From positions 1 to 22,784 of the forward strand of contig JBHIBG010000039.1 of assembly GCA_046758965.1 (NCBI GenBank): a stretch of DNA of 22,784 nt, given 5' to 3'. Shown piece after piece: positions 1 through 8,990 of the stretch; the first letter of the stretch is position 1; each line of letters starts with the position of its first letter. This DNA comes from Candidatus Methylomirabilia bacterium (lineage in GTDB: Bacteria; Methylomirabilota; Methylomirabilia; Rokubacteriales; CSP1-6). The notes under the pieces were generated by a model, which worked only from the letters and a program-made list of their open reading frames with translations, searched no databases and had not been told where the DNA came from. A program made the translations under genes and the position numbers.

Positions 1-738
1 TGGTCTGAACGCTTCTTCCGGCGGGAGCTTCAGCTCTTCAAGGAGCACGTCGAGCGGTTTGTGGGGGCCCCGATCGACGGCCGTCGCCTTCAGGCCACGA
101 TCGATCTCTACAACGAAAATCGCGCGCTGATCTGGGAGCTGTATCGCTTCAGGAAGCCCGCTCCCCCGCTCATCACCGGAACAGAGATGCTGGAGCTCTT
201 GATCGCCGGGAGCGGCATCCCGGCCGGGGAGTTCAAGACCCTCCTGGAGGAGGTCAAGGCGGAGGTGACCTCCCGCCGCGATGGTCCCCGCGGCAACAAG
301 ACCCGCCTTCTCTTCTACGGGTGCATCAACGACGACGTGGCGCTCATCCGCCTCCTGGAAGAGTGCGCCGCCGACGTCGTGATGGACGATACGTGCATTG
401 GGGCCCGCGGGCTGCTCGGGCGTGTCACCGACGACGGAGACCCTCTGGCAGGGTTCACCCGCTACTATTTCACCGGCTTTCATTGTCCTCGGACCTACCG
501 GGGCACGGACCGGACGAGGTTCGACTACCTCATTCACTCCGCCCGGGAGTTCGACATCCACGGGGTCGTCCTCTACCTCTTGGGCTTCTGCGACCCCCAC
601 AAGCTCGACGTGGTGGATCTGAGGGAGTACCTGGAGGCGGCAGGCTTCCCCTGCCTGGTCCTCGAGGATGACTACACCCTGGCCAACCTCGAAGCCATGC
701 GAACACGCGTCCAGGCCTTCGTTGAGATGATCTCCTGA
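1..738 (+). CDS. 2-hydroxyacyl-CoA dehydratase / benzoyl-CoA reductase beta-type subunit (HgdB/BzdN/BcrC family), 5'-truncated by the window
   Basis: Frame is open from base 1 (WSERFFRRELQLFKEHVERF...). Family motifs: 'IDLYNENRALIWELY', 'VVMDDTCIG', 'CPR', 'GFCDPH', and C-terminal 'LEDDY...RTRVQAFVEMI'. Confidence 0.88.
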   Translation, partial: WSERFFRRELQLFKEHVERFVGAPIDGRRLQATIDLYNENRALIWELYRFRKPAPPLITGTEMLELLIAGSGIPAGEFKTLLEEVKAEVTSRRDGPRGNKTRLLFYGCINDDVALIRLLEECAADVVMDDTCIGARGLLGRVTDDGDPLAGFTRYYFTGFHCPRTYRGTDRTRFDYLIHSAREFDIHGVVLYLLGFCDPHKLDVVDLREYLEAAGFPCLVLEDDYTLANLEAMRTRVQAFVEMIS

Positions 739-758
739 CCGTCTGAGGGAGGATCACC

Positions 759-2096
759 ATGAGCGAGTTGCGGAGCGCTGTAAAATCTTTGGAGACCACG
801 CGCCGTGCCAAGGAGCTTCTCCCGACCTTTTACGCCAGGCAAGGGCGGAGGTACCCCGGCGCGCCGCTGGCCTGGTGCATGGCGGGAGTCTCCTCGGAGC
901 TCCTGGCCACGTTCGACATCCAGTGGGAATGGCCGGAGAACTTCGGCACCCTGTGCGCGGCCCGCCAGGTTGCCACCCAGTTCTGTGAGCGGGCTGAGGC
1001 GGAGGGCTTCTCGCCTGACCTCTGCTCCTACGTCCGCAACACGATGGGCTATGTGAGCCGGCAGGTGGAGCTGGGGACGATCCCTCCCGAGGCACCCAAG
1101 GGGGGAATGGGGACCCCCACGATGCTCCTGGGCTCCGGGTATGCCTGCGACCCGCGGGTCAAGTGGTTCCAGTCGCTTTCCTCCCGCTACCTCCCGCTCC
1201 CGGTCTACCACACCGACCCGATGAGCCCGCCCCACGACGTGGACGTCAAGGACCCGCGCATCGCCGCCCACTATCTCGAGCAGCTAAGGGAGACGCTCAG
1301 GGACCAGGTGGCCTTCCTCGAAGCCCAAACCGGCGGGAAGCTCGACGCGGCTCGCCTGCGCGAGACCGTGGCGAACTCGCAGGAGGCGATCGCCCTACTC
1401 TGGGAGGTGCACGACCTGCGGAAGGCCGTTCCCTGCCCGATGGGCTCAGAGGATTTCTTCACGGGTGGGGTCGCTCCCCTCCTCTTCATGCTCGGCGAGC
1501 GCGAGGCGGTGGAGTACTTCCGATGCCTCAGGGACGAGGTCCGGGAGCGGGTGGCGCGCGGGGTCGGCGTCGTGCGCGACGAGCGCTTCCGGCTCCTGTG
1601 GATGGGAATCCCTCCCTGGTACAACCTGCGGTTCTTCAACGACCTCGGGGAGCTGGGAGCGGTCTTCCCCATCGAGACCATCTACTACGTGGGGGCGCCG
1701 GTGGAGCTGGATCTGACCGACCCTCTCGAGGCGCTGGCCGAGCGCACGTGGAAGCGGGCGGTCTGGGTGCACCAGTGGGGCTCGGAGGTCATCCCGGAGA
1801 TCTGCAACCCCGCGGGTCTCTCGGCGCCGGGCACCCGGTTGATCCGCCAGTGGGTTCACGACTACCGGCTGGATGGCGCCGTGATGCACCGGACCCGCTC
1901 GTGCCGCGCGGTGAGCTGGGGGCAGGTGCACCTCAAGAACCAGCTGGCGGAGGAGGGGATCCCGTCGCTCATCATCGAGAGCGACATGGCCGATCCCCGG
2001 AGCTGGTCAGAGCCCATCATTATGGGACAGGTCCACGCCTTTCTCGACGCGGTGGCCGCCAACAAGCGGGAACGGTCAGTCAGACGCGAGACGTGA
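759..2096 (+). CDS. 2-hydroxyacyl-CoA dehydratase / benzoyl-CoA reductase alpha-type subunit (HgdA/BzdO/BcrB family)
   Basis: Motifs 'WPENFGTLCAA', 'GFSPDLCSYVR', 'CDPRVKWF', 'ERFRLLWMGIPPW', 'HRTRSCR', 'ESDMADPR'. RBS GGAGG upstream of the ATG. Confidence 0.88.
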   Translation: MSELRSAVKSLETTRRAKELLPTFYARQGRRYPGAPLAWCMAGVSSELLATFDIQWEWPENFGTLCAARQVATQFCERAEAEGFSPDLCSYVRNTMGYVSRQVELGTIPPEAPKGGMGTPTMLLGSGYACDPRVKWFQSLSSRYLPLPVYHTDPMSPPHDVDVKDPRIAAHYLEQLRETLRDQVAFLEAQTGGKLDAARLRETVANSQEAIALLWEVHDLRKAVPCPMGSEDFFTGGVAPLLFMLGEREAVEYFRCLRDEVRERVARGVGVVRDERFRLLWMGIPPWYNLRFFNDLGELGAVFPIETIYYVGAPVELDLTDPLEALAERTWKRAVWVHQWGSEVIPEICNPAGLSAPGTRLIRQWVHDYRLDGAVMHRTRSCRAVSWGQVHLKNQLAEEGIPSLIIESDMADPRSWSEPIIMGQVHAFLDAVAANKRERSVRRET

Positions 2097-2109
2097 GGGA
2101 GGATCGCTG

Positions 2110-3261
2110 ATGCCGGAGGACGGGAGCCTCGAGTCCTTGCAAGACATCCGGGAAATCAACCGAGGGTTTCCCTACACTGCGCCCATCAGGGCGTGGAAGG
2201 CCGAGGGGAAGAAGGTCATTGCCTGGCAGTGTACCTATGTACCCGAGGAGATTGTCTGGGCAGCGGGGATCCTGCCGGTCAGGATGACGGGAGACTCCCA
2301 GGAGCTGGGGCTGGAGGAGGCCAACGCCTACCTCTATATCAACACCTGCTCCTTCTGCCGGAGCTGCCTCGAGCTGGCGCTCCGGGGGGAGTGGGACTTC
2401 CTCGACGGCTACGTTTCAGCTGCCACCTGCGATGGGTCACGGCGGTTGGCGGACGTCTGGCGAGCCTACCTGTCGATCCCCATAGTCCATGTCCTCACCG
2501 TTCCCAGGGAGATGACGCAGGAGGCCCATCGGCTCTACTTCGAAGAGGTGGGGGAGCTGAGACGCCGAGTGGAGGAGACCTTCAAGGTGGAGGTCACGGA
2601 CGCGGGGCTCAGGGAGGCTATCGCGCTGTACAACAGGGGCCGCCAGCTGCTCAGAGAGCTCTACGAGCTGAGAAAGGGTGACGCGCCAGCTATCTCCGGC
2701 GCGGAGACCCTGGAAGTGATCAACGCCGGCTTTCGCATGCCGAGGGATCAGTTCAACACCATTCTGGAGCAGCTCCTCCGGGAGGCGAGGGCAGGGGGGC
2801 GGGCCATCAAGGGCAAGGCGAGGATCATGGTCACCGGGAGCCCGCTCAACAACCCGGGGTTTCTCGCCGCCATCGAAGAGCTGGGAGGGCTGGTGGTGGC
2901 GGATGAGCTGTGTATGGGGACCCGATACTGGTGGGATCCCGTGCAGGAGTCAGTCGCCGACCCGCTGGAGGCCATCGCGCGCCGATACCTCAACAACTTC
3001 CCCTGCGCCCGCATGGTGCCGTGTGACGAACGCTTCAAGAACGTTCTCGCCCTCGCGCGCGACTACCGGGTGGACGGGGTGGTCAGCCAGATCGTCCGGT
3101 ACTGTGTTCCCTACGCCCACGACCAGCCGATGCTGCGCGAGCGGCTCGAGGCCGAGGGCATGGGGGTGCTGGAGCTCGATGTCGAATACGGGATGGGAGG
3201 GACCGGGCAGATCAGGACCCGGGTGCAGGCCTTCATCGAGATGCTCCTCGAAAGGAGATGA
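2110..3261 (+). CDS. second 2-hydroxyacyl-CoA dehydratase / benzoyl-CoA reductase beta-type subunit (HgdB/BzdN family)
   Basis: Motifs 'CTYVPEEIVWAAGILP', 'TCSFCRS', 'TCDGSRR', 'VVADELCMGTRY', 'PCARM', 'RYCVPY', 'GQIRTRVQAFIEML'. RBS GGAGG. Confidence 0.9.
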   Translation: MPEDGSLESLQDIREINRGFPYTAPIRAWKAEGKKVIAWQCTYVPEEIVWAAGILPVRMTGDSQELGLEEANAYLYINTCSFCRSCLELALRGEWDFLDGYVSAATCDGSRRLADVWRAYLSIPIVHVLTVPREMTQEAHRLYFEEVGELRRRVEETFKVEVTDAGLREAIALYNRGRQLLRELYELRKGDAPAISGAETLEVINAGFRMPRDQFNTILEQLLREARAGGRAIKGKARIMVTGSPLNNPGFLAAIEELGGLVVADELCMGTRYWWDPVQESVADPLEAIARRYLNNFPCARMVPCDERFKNVLALARDYRVDGVVSQIVRYCVPYAHDQPMLRERLEAEGMGVLELDVEYGMGGTGQIRTRVQAFIEMLLERR

Positions 3262-4526
3262 GCGCTATGGATGCCACCGCCAACAAGGTGGAGGGAGCCA
3301 GACGGGTGCTGGAGAGCCTTGTCCGGCACCGGCGTGAGAGCCCCACCACCAAGAGCGCCGAAATGTATTACGACCTGATGCGCCGGTACTGGGGGAACAT
3401 CTTGGACGCCAAGGCCCGAGGCGAGTTTGTCGCCGGCCACAGCGTTCTGGTCCCTCCGGAGATCTTCCACGCCATGGGGCTCGTCCCTTACCACCTCGAA
3501 TCCGTGCTGACCGCCAGCATGATCCTCCTGAGAGAGCAGGAGCCTTTCCTGGCTGCGGCCAAGACCTTTGGCCTGACTCCCGAGGTCTGCTCTGTCCACC
3601 GCGCCATTGCCGCCGCCTTCACCCAGGGGTGGGCTCCGGCTCCCGATGTCGTGATCTGGAACAACGAGGTGTGCGACAACACCGCCAAGAGCAACGAGCT
3701 GGTCAGGGAGCGCTGCCGCATCCCCGGTTTCTATTTCGACTGTCCGTACCGCTCCACGCCAAGGTCCGTCCAGTACGTGGCGGCAAAGCTGGAGGAACTG
3801 GTCGGCTTCCTGGAGGAGCTGACAGGACGCAGTATGGACCGGGAGCGGCTGGCGGAGAGCCTCGAGATCTCCCAGCGGATGGTGGCTGTCAACGAGGACA
3901 TCAACACGCTGCGCAAAGCGATCCCCGCCCCCGGCCATAACCGCCTGGGCTCCCAGCTCCTCTACATCGGCTTTTACTGGATGGGGACTCCGCAGGGGCT
4001 CTCCTTCTACGAAACGGTGAGGGATGAGCTTCGGGAGACGGTGGAGAAGGGCTCCGCCCCGCCGGAGCGGTATCGGCTCCTCTCCCTCTTTCTTCCCTTG
4101 AGCTACAGCTGGCGGCTCCTGGACTGGATGGAGCGGGAGCACGGGGCCCGCCTGGTGGGCGAGACGTATTGCTGCCACTGGGGGGAGATGGAGTGGGACC
4201 TCTCCGCGCCGTTCCTCACCCTGGCCCGGCGCCTCTACGCCCATCCGGTCTGCCGCAGCATGCACGGTCCTGCTGACGGGGGAGTGCTGACGGACGCGGT
4301 GGAGGACGCCCGGGCCTACCGGGTGGATGGGGCCATCTATTGGGCGCATATCGGGTGCCGACAGTCGTGCGCCACCATCAAGCTGGCCAAGGACGCTCTG
4401 CGAGAGAAAGCGGAGATCCCCACCCTGACCCTCGAGATGGACAGTAACGACCCTTCCTTTGTTTCCGAGGAGGAGATGCAGGCCAAGCTCGAAGAGTTCT
4501 TCGAGATTCTGGACGAGCGGAAGTGA
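3258..4526 (+). CDS. second 2-hydroxyacyl-CoA dehydratase alpha-type subunit (HgdA/FldB/BzdO family)
   Basis: Motifs 'PPEIFHAMG', 'EVCSVHR', 'VCDNTAK', 'YRVDGAIYWAHIGCRQ', 'EMDSNDP..KLEEFFEIL'. ATGA overlap with the upstream stop. Confidence 0.86.
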   Translation: MSAMDATANKVEGARRVLESLVRHRRESPTTKSAEMYYDLMRRYWGNILDAKARGEFVAGHSVLVPPEIFHAMGLVPYHLESVLTASMILLREQEPFLAAAKTFGLTPEVCSVHRAIAAAFTQGWAPAPDVVIWNNEVCDNTAKSNELVRERCRIPGFYFDCPYRSTPRSVQYVAAKLEELVGFLEELTGRSMDRERLAESLEISQRMVAVNEDINTLRKAIPAPGHNRLGSQLLYIGFYWMGTPQGLSFYETVRDELRETVEKGSAPPERYRLLSLFLPLSYSWRLLDWMEREHGARLVGETYCCHWGEMEWDLSAPFLTLARRLYAHPVCRSMHGPADGGVLTDAVEDARAYRVDGAIYWAHIGCRQSCATIKLAKDALREKAEIPTLTLEMDSNDPSFVSEEEMQAKLEEFFEILDERK

Positions 4527-4548
4527 GCGGCCTCACCGGGAGGGACCC

Positions 4549-5325
4549 ATGCCTGTGGCGGGCATCGATGTCGGCAACCTGACGACCAAGGCGGTGATCG
4601 TGGAAGATGGCGAGGTTCTGGGCAGGAGCATTGTGGTGAGCGCCGACACCGCCGAGGAGGGAGCGCGAAGGGCGCTGGAGGAGGCGCTCCGGGAGTCGGG
4701 CTTCGGGCTCGAGGCGATCCGCAACATGGTGATCACCGGCGCCGGAAGGAAGCTGACCACCTTCGTCGTCAAGCAGAAAACCCCGGTGTCCTGCCTGGCC
4801 AAGGGGGCCAACCTGCTCTTTCCCTCCGCCCGCACCGTGTTCGACGTCGGGGCGGAGACCTCGACGGTGATCCGGTTCACCGGACGGGGGAGCGTGGAGG
4901 ACTCGGTGGGTCATGACCGCTGCGCCTCGGGGACGGGGGTCTTCCTCACGGGCGTGGCCAAGATTCTCAACATGTCGCTCCCGGAGATGGCCCGGGCCTC
5001 CCTCGGGGTCCAGCGGCGTGCGGAGATCTCCACGATGTGCGCCGTCTTCGCGGAATCCGAGGTGATCTCCCATGTGCATCGCGTCCCTCCCACTCCGGTC
5101 GGCGAGATCATCGCCGGCGTGTACGGCTCCATGGCGGTGAGGCTGACGGGGCTGGCCAAGCGGACCGGGATCAAGCCCGACGTGGTCCTGTGCGGCGGGG
5201 CGGCAAAGAACGCGGGGTTCGCCGCCGAGCTGGAAAAGGAGGTCAAGCTCCCGCTCCTGATCCCCGAGGAGCCCCAGTTCGTGGCTGCGCTCGGGGCCGC
5301 CCGCATTGCCGAGGACGAGCGCTGA
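4549..5325 (+). CDS. ASKHA-family [4Fe-4S] ATPase activator (BadF/BadG/BcrA/BcrD family), BzdP-like
   Basis: ATG 4549 follows GGGAGG; the ORF-track start at 4459 overlaps the previous gene. Motifs 'AGIDVGNLTTKAV', 'DVGAE', 'DRCASGTG', 'MCAVFAESEV', 'GGAAKNAG', 'ALGAA'. Confidence 0.88.
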   Translation: MPVAGIDVGNLTTKAVIVEDGEVLGRSIVVSADTAEEGARRALEEALRESGFGLEAIRNMVITGAGRKLTTFVVKQKTPVSCLAKGANLLFPSARTVFDVGAETSTVIRFTGRGSVEDSVGHDRCASGTGVFLTGVAKILNMSLPEMARASLGVQRRAEISTMCAVFAESEVISHVHRVPPTPVGEIIAGVYGSMAVRLTGLAKRTGIKPDVVLCGGAAKNAGFAAELEKEVKLPLLIPEEPQFVAALGAARIAEDER

Positions 5326-5326
5326 G

Positions 5327-6406
5327 ATGCTCTTCGCGGGCGTTGACATCGGTTCGCGTGGATCGAAAGCCGTCATCCTCGAGGACAGCCAGCTTCTCTC
5401 CTCCAGTATCTGCAACACCGGGCCCGACAGCGCCGGTACGGCGGTCCAGACCTTCGAGGAGGCTGCGAAGGGAACCGGGCTCGCGGTCAAGGACATGGAC
5501 TACGTCGTGGCCACAGGCTACGGCCGCGTCCTCGTCCCATTCGCCCACGAGAACATCTCCGAGATCTCCTGCCACGCCAAGGGGGCCCACTGGTACTTCC
5601 GCTCGGTGCGGACGATCCTGGACATGGGGGGGCAGGACTGCAAGGCGATCAGCGTCAACGAGCGGGGAGCCGTCACCAGGTTCATCATGAATGACAAGTG
5701 CGCCGGGGGGACAGGCCGGTTTCTGGAGCTGATCGCGGAGGTGCTGGGGCTCGCCCTGGAGGAGATCGGTCCCCGGTCCCTCAGCTCGCAACAGAAGGTG
5801 CCCTTCAACACCATCTGCGCCGTCTTCGCCAAGTCGGAAGCCCTTGCGCTGTCCAAGCGCGGGGTGGCCAAGAGCGACATCCTCTCCGGACTGCACGATG
5901 CCATCGCGGTCCGCTGCCAGAGCCTGCTCAAGCGGGTCTCCATCCAGAAGGAGTTCGCCATCACCGGCGGCATCGCGAAGAACTGCGGGATGGTGGCGAA
6001 GATCGCCGGGAAGGTCGGGCTCGAGCCTTGCCTGGCTCCTGACCCCCAGATCGTCGGGGCGGTGGGGGCCGCCCTGTTTGCCCGGGAGCGATACCTGGCC
6101 CGAGCGGCGGCGGAGGAGAAGGCTGGAGCTGTGTTCCACTACGGCTACAGCGACGGCACCGGGGAGTACTTCATCAGCGTGGACGGCGCCCGCTGTGACG
6201 GCTGCGGAAGGTGCCAGGAGGCGTGTCCTGCGGGGGTGTTCGAGGTCGCAAGAGACGACGATGGGAGGCTGGTGGCGAGGGTGCGGGACTCCGCCGTCAG
6301 GCGGATCAGCTACCTCTGCGCGGCCTGCAGGCCGAGTCGGGGGGAGAGGGATCTCCGGTGCGTCACGGCCTGTGGCGGGAAGGGGGCTCTCGCCCACTCG
6401 TGGTAA
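5327..6406 (+). CDS. ASKHA-family activator (BzdQ/BcrA/HgdC-like) fused to a C-terminal 2[4Fe-4S] ferredoxin
   Basis: Activator motifs 'GVDIGS', 'ATGYGR', 'EISCHAKG', 'RTILDMGGQDCKAI', 'MNDKCAGGTGRF', 'CAVFAKSE', 'ITGGIAKN'. Then 'YGYSDGTGEYFISVD..CDGCGRCQEACP...CAAC-x10-CVTAC'. ATG at 5327, one base after the upstream stop. Confidence 0.88.
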   Translation: MLFAGVDIGSRGSKAVILEDSQLLSSSICNTGPDSAGTAVQTFEEAAKGTGLAVKDMDYVVATGYGRVLVPFAHENISEISCHAKGAHWYFRSVRTILDMGGQDCKAISVNERGAVTRFIMNDKCAGGTGRFLELIAEVLGLALEEIGPRSLSSQQKVPFNTICAVFAKSEALALSKRGVAKSDILSGLHDAIAVRCQSLLKRVSIQKEFAITGGIAKNCGMVAKIAGKVGLEPCLAPDPQIVGAVGAALFARERYLARAAAEEKAGAVFHYGYSDGTGEYFISVDGARCDGCGRCQEACPAGVFEVARDDDGRLVARVRDSAVRRISYLCAACRPSRGERDLRCVTACGGKGALAHSW

Positions 6407-6408
6407 CC

Positions 6409-8124
6409 GTGGCGTCGGACTTCTGCGTGGCGGGGGTGGATGTGGGGTCCACGCTCACCAAGGTGGTGGTCTATGACGGTGACCTTCTCGCCTCCACGAC
6501 CGGGCCTACGGAAGCGAACTACGTCCGGACCGCGACCCGGCTCCTGGGCCAGGCGCTGGAGCAGGCCGGGCAGTTCCCGGACCGCCTTGCCTATGTCGTG
6601 GCCACGGGGTACGGACGACGCCAGGTGCCCTTCGCGGACCGCCAGATCACCGAGATCACCTGCCACGCCCGGGGCGTGAGGGGGCTCTTCCCGAGGGCGC
6701 GGACGATCATTGACATCGGCGGCCAGGACGCGAAGGGGATCAAGCTCTCGCCAGCGGGCAAGGTCATCAACTTCGTCATGAACGACAAGTGCGCGGCCGG
6801 GACCGGGCGATTCCTCGACGTGATGGCGGCGTTGCTCGGACTCAGCATCGACGAGCTGGGCGAGCGGGGCCTGGGGGCGCCCCGCCGCGTCGGTGTCTCG
6901 AGCGTCTGCACCGTGTTTGCCCAGCAGGAGGTCGCGGAGCGCCTGGCGGAGGGGGTCCCGGTGGAGGAGGTCCTGGCCGGACTCCACGACGCCCTGGCAA
7001 GCCGGATCCACCGTATGGTGCGGCGCCTGTCGCCGGAGGCCGACGTGATTCTCACCGGAGGCGGCGCCAAGAACCGGAGCCTCGTCCGGACCCTGGAGGA
7101 GCGCCTCGGGATCTCCGTTGTGGTGCCTCCGGAGCCCTTGATCACCGGAGCCCTCGGTGCGGCCCTGCTCGCGCGAGAAGCCATCGCGCAGGGGGAGCGG
7201 CCCAGGAGGACACCGCTCACCGAAGAGGGAGCGCTTGCCGCAGGAGGCGTCCCGGCTGAAGATCACGGGCGGAGCCGGCTCGCAGCCTTCCCGGCCCGGT
7301 CGGAGATGGCCGGCCGCACGGGGCAGCTTCGACTCCCGACAGGAGAGAGCGGAACGCGCTCCCCCGCAGTCGGTCTCGACGTAGGATCGCTCTTCACCAA
7401 GGCCGTGGTCGTGGATGGGCGCGAGGCGGCGTTCGCCGTGCTCCCCTCTCGAGGAAACTACCTCAGGGTGGCGGAGGAGGCCCTCGACCGGATCGTCGGG
7501 AGCGCGGGGATCCCAAGAGCCGCGCTCAGACCGATCGTGGCCACGGGGCTCGGAGCTTCGAAGCTTCCCTTTGCCCGCCAGGCGAGCGAGATCTCCTGTC
7601 TGGCCAAGGGGATCGCGCGGCTCTTCCCCGAGGCGAACCTGGCGATCGACATCGGCGGCCAGGCGACGCGGGTGATCCGGCTCGCCCCGGGCGGCCTGGT
7701 GAAGGACTTCGCCGTGAGCGGCCAATGCGCGGCCGGGAGCGCGAGGATGCTGGATGTCATCGCCCACCTCTTCGGGGTGGAGGCGGATGAGCTCGGGCCG
7801 CTCTCGCTCAGGTCCGGGCAGCCAGCCACCTTTTCGGCCGGGTGCGCCGTGTTTGCCGAGACCGAGGCGATCTCGCTCCTGGCCCAGGGGACCCCCCGGG
7901 AGGATCTCCTGGCCGGGATCCACCGGTCGCTGGCGGGGAAGATTATCGCGCTGGCCAGGGCCACGGGGCCTCTCGACTCCTGTGCTCTGTCGGGCGGGGG
8001 CGCCAGGGATCTGGGTCTCGTGGAACGGATGAGGGAAGCTGTGGGCCGGGTGATGGTACCCTCGGAGCCGACAGTTGTCGCGGCCCTGGGGGCTGCCCTC
8101 CTGGCCGCAGAGGGTGACGGCTGA
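6409..8124 (+). CDS. tandem two-domain ASKHA activator (fused BcrA/BcrD-type ATPase domains)
   Basis: Domain 1: 'GVDVGST', 'ATGYGR', 'EITCHARG', 'DIGGQDAK', 'MNDKCAAGTGRF', 'CTVFA'. An Ala/Gly/Pro/Arg-rich linker follows. Domain 2: 'GLDVGS', 'EISCLAKG', 'DIGGQ', 'QCAAGSAR', 'CAVFAETE'. Start is probably GTG 6409 (or 6400); the ORF-track start at 6211 overlaps the ferredoxin domain. Confidence 0.86.
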   Translation: MASDFCVAGVDVGSTLTKVVVYDGDLLASTTGPTEANYVRTATRLLGQALEQAGQFPDRLAYVVATGYGRRQVPFADRQITEITCHARGVRGLFPRARTIIDIGGQDAKGIKLSPAGKVINFVMNDKCAAGTGRFLDVMAALLGLSIDELGERGLGAPRRVGVSSVCTVFAQQEVAERLAEGVPVEEVLAGLHDALASRIHRMVRRLSPEADVILTGGGAKNRSLVRTLEERLGISVVVPPEPLITGALGAALLAREAIAQGERPRRTPLTEEGALAAGGVPAEDHGRSRLAAFPARSEMAGRTGQLRLPTGESGTRSPAVGLDVGSLFTKAVVVDGREAAFAVLPSRGNYLRVAEEALDRIVGSAGIPRAALRPIVATGLGASKLPFARQASEISCLAKGIARLFPEANLAIDIGGQATRVIRLAPGGLVKDFAVSGQCAAGSARMLDVIAHLFGVEADELGPLSLRSGQPATFSAGCAVFAETEAISLLAQGTPREDLLAGIHRSLAGKIIALARATGPLDSCALSGGGARDLGLVERMREAVGRVMVPSEPTVVAALGAALLAAEGDG

Positions 8125-8189
8125 GGTGCCCCACGATTCGCCGCTCAAGCTGACCTTTCCGCACCGGGGAGAGTGGATCTTCTCCGGCG

Positions 8190-8987
8190 GTGCTCGAGCG
8201 CGCCGTGCCGCCTGAAACCGTCAGCTTGGAGCGGGAGGACGGCGTGGTCGTCCTCGTGATCAATCGGCCGGAGGTCAAGAACGCCCTGGATCTCAAGAGC
8301 ATCGAGGCCCTCTCGGAGATCGTGGACGGCCTGGCCCAGGATGCCTCGCTCAGGGTGGCGGTGGTCACGGGGAGCGGGGGCACCTTCATCTCGGGCGGCG
8401 ACGTGAAGGACTTTCTCCGCCTCGACGACCCGCAATCGGGGAAACGGATGGCTCAGCGGATGCAGTCGGTGCTGGCCAGGCTGGAGGCGCTGGAGGTGCC
8501 CGCGATTGCCGCCATTGAAGGGTCAGCTCTGGGCGGCGGCGCCGAGGTTGCCCTGGCCTGCGACATGCGGATCGCGTCGGAGTCCGCGCGCCTCGCCTTC
8601 AAGCAGGTGAGCCTGGGTATCATGGTGGGCTGGGGGGGCGGCCAGCGCCTCTTGAGGCTCGTCGGACGATCGAGAGCGCTCAGGCTCCTGCTGACGGGCG
8701 CAACCCTCACCGCGGAGGAGGCGGCCAGGATCGGGCTGGTTGACGAAGTGGTCCCGACCGGCGAGGCTCTTCGGGCAGCCCTCTCGCTGGCCCGACAGAT
8801 TGCGGCCCAGCCCGCCGCGGCAGTGCGCGCCACCAAGCGCGCGCTCCACCACGGCGCTGAGCTCGGCCGCGCGGAGGCGGCCGCGTTCGAGGCCGAGTGC
8901 TTCGCGACCCTCTGGGGAAGCCCCGATCATCGCGAGGCCGTCGCCGCGCTGATGGAGAAGCGGACCCCGATCTTCAGGGAAGGGTGA
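8190..8987 (+). CDS. enoyl-CoA hydratase/isomerase (crotonase) superfamily protein
   Basis: Motifs 'INRPEVKNAL', 'FISGGD', 'IAAIEGSALGGGAEVALACDMRIA', 'GWGGGQRLLRLVG', 'AEEAARIGLVDEVV', 'EKRTPIF'. Start codon uncertain (GTG 8190 or 8205). Confidence 0.92.
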   Translation: MLERAVPPETVSLEREDGVVVLVINRPEVKNALDLKSIEALSEIVDGLAQDASLRVAVVTGSGGTFISGGDVKDFLRLDDPQSGKRMAQRMQSVLARLEALEVPAIAAIEGSALGGGAEVALACDMRIASESARLAFKQVSLGIMVGWGGGQRLLRLVGRSRALRLLLTGATLTAEEAARIGLVDEVVPTGEALRAALSLARQIAAQPAAAVRATKRALHHGAELGRAEAAAFEAECFATLWGSPDHREAVAALMEKRTPIFREG

Positions 8988-8990
8988 CTT

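Noticed and set aside
1..6406. Assigning definite bzdNOPQ / bcrCBAD gene symbols
   Set aside because: Family membership is clear, but reductase versus dehydratase function and substrate cannot be fixed without phylogeny or assay.
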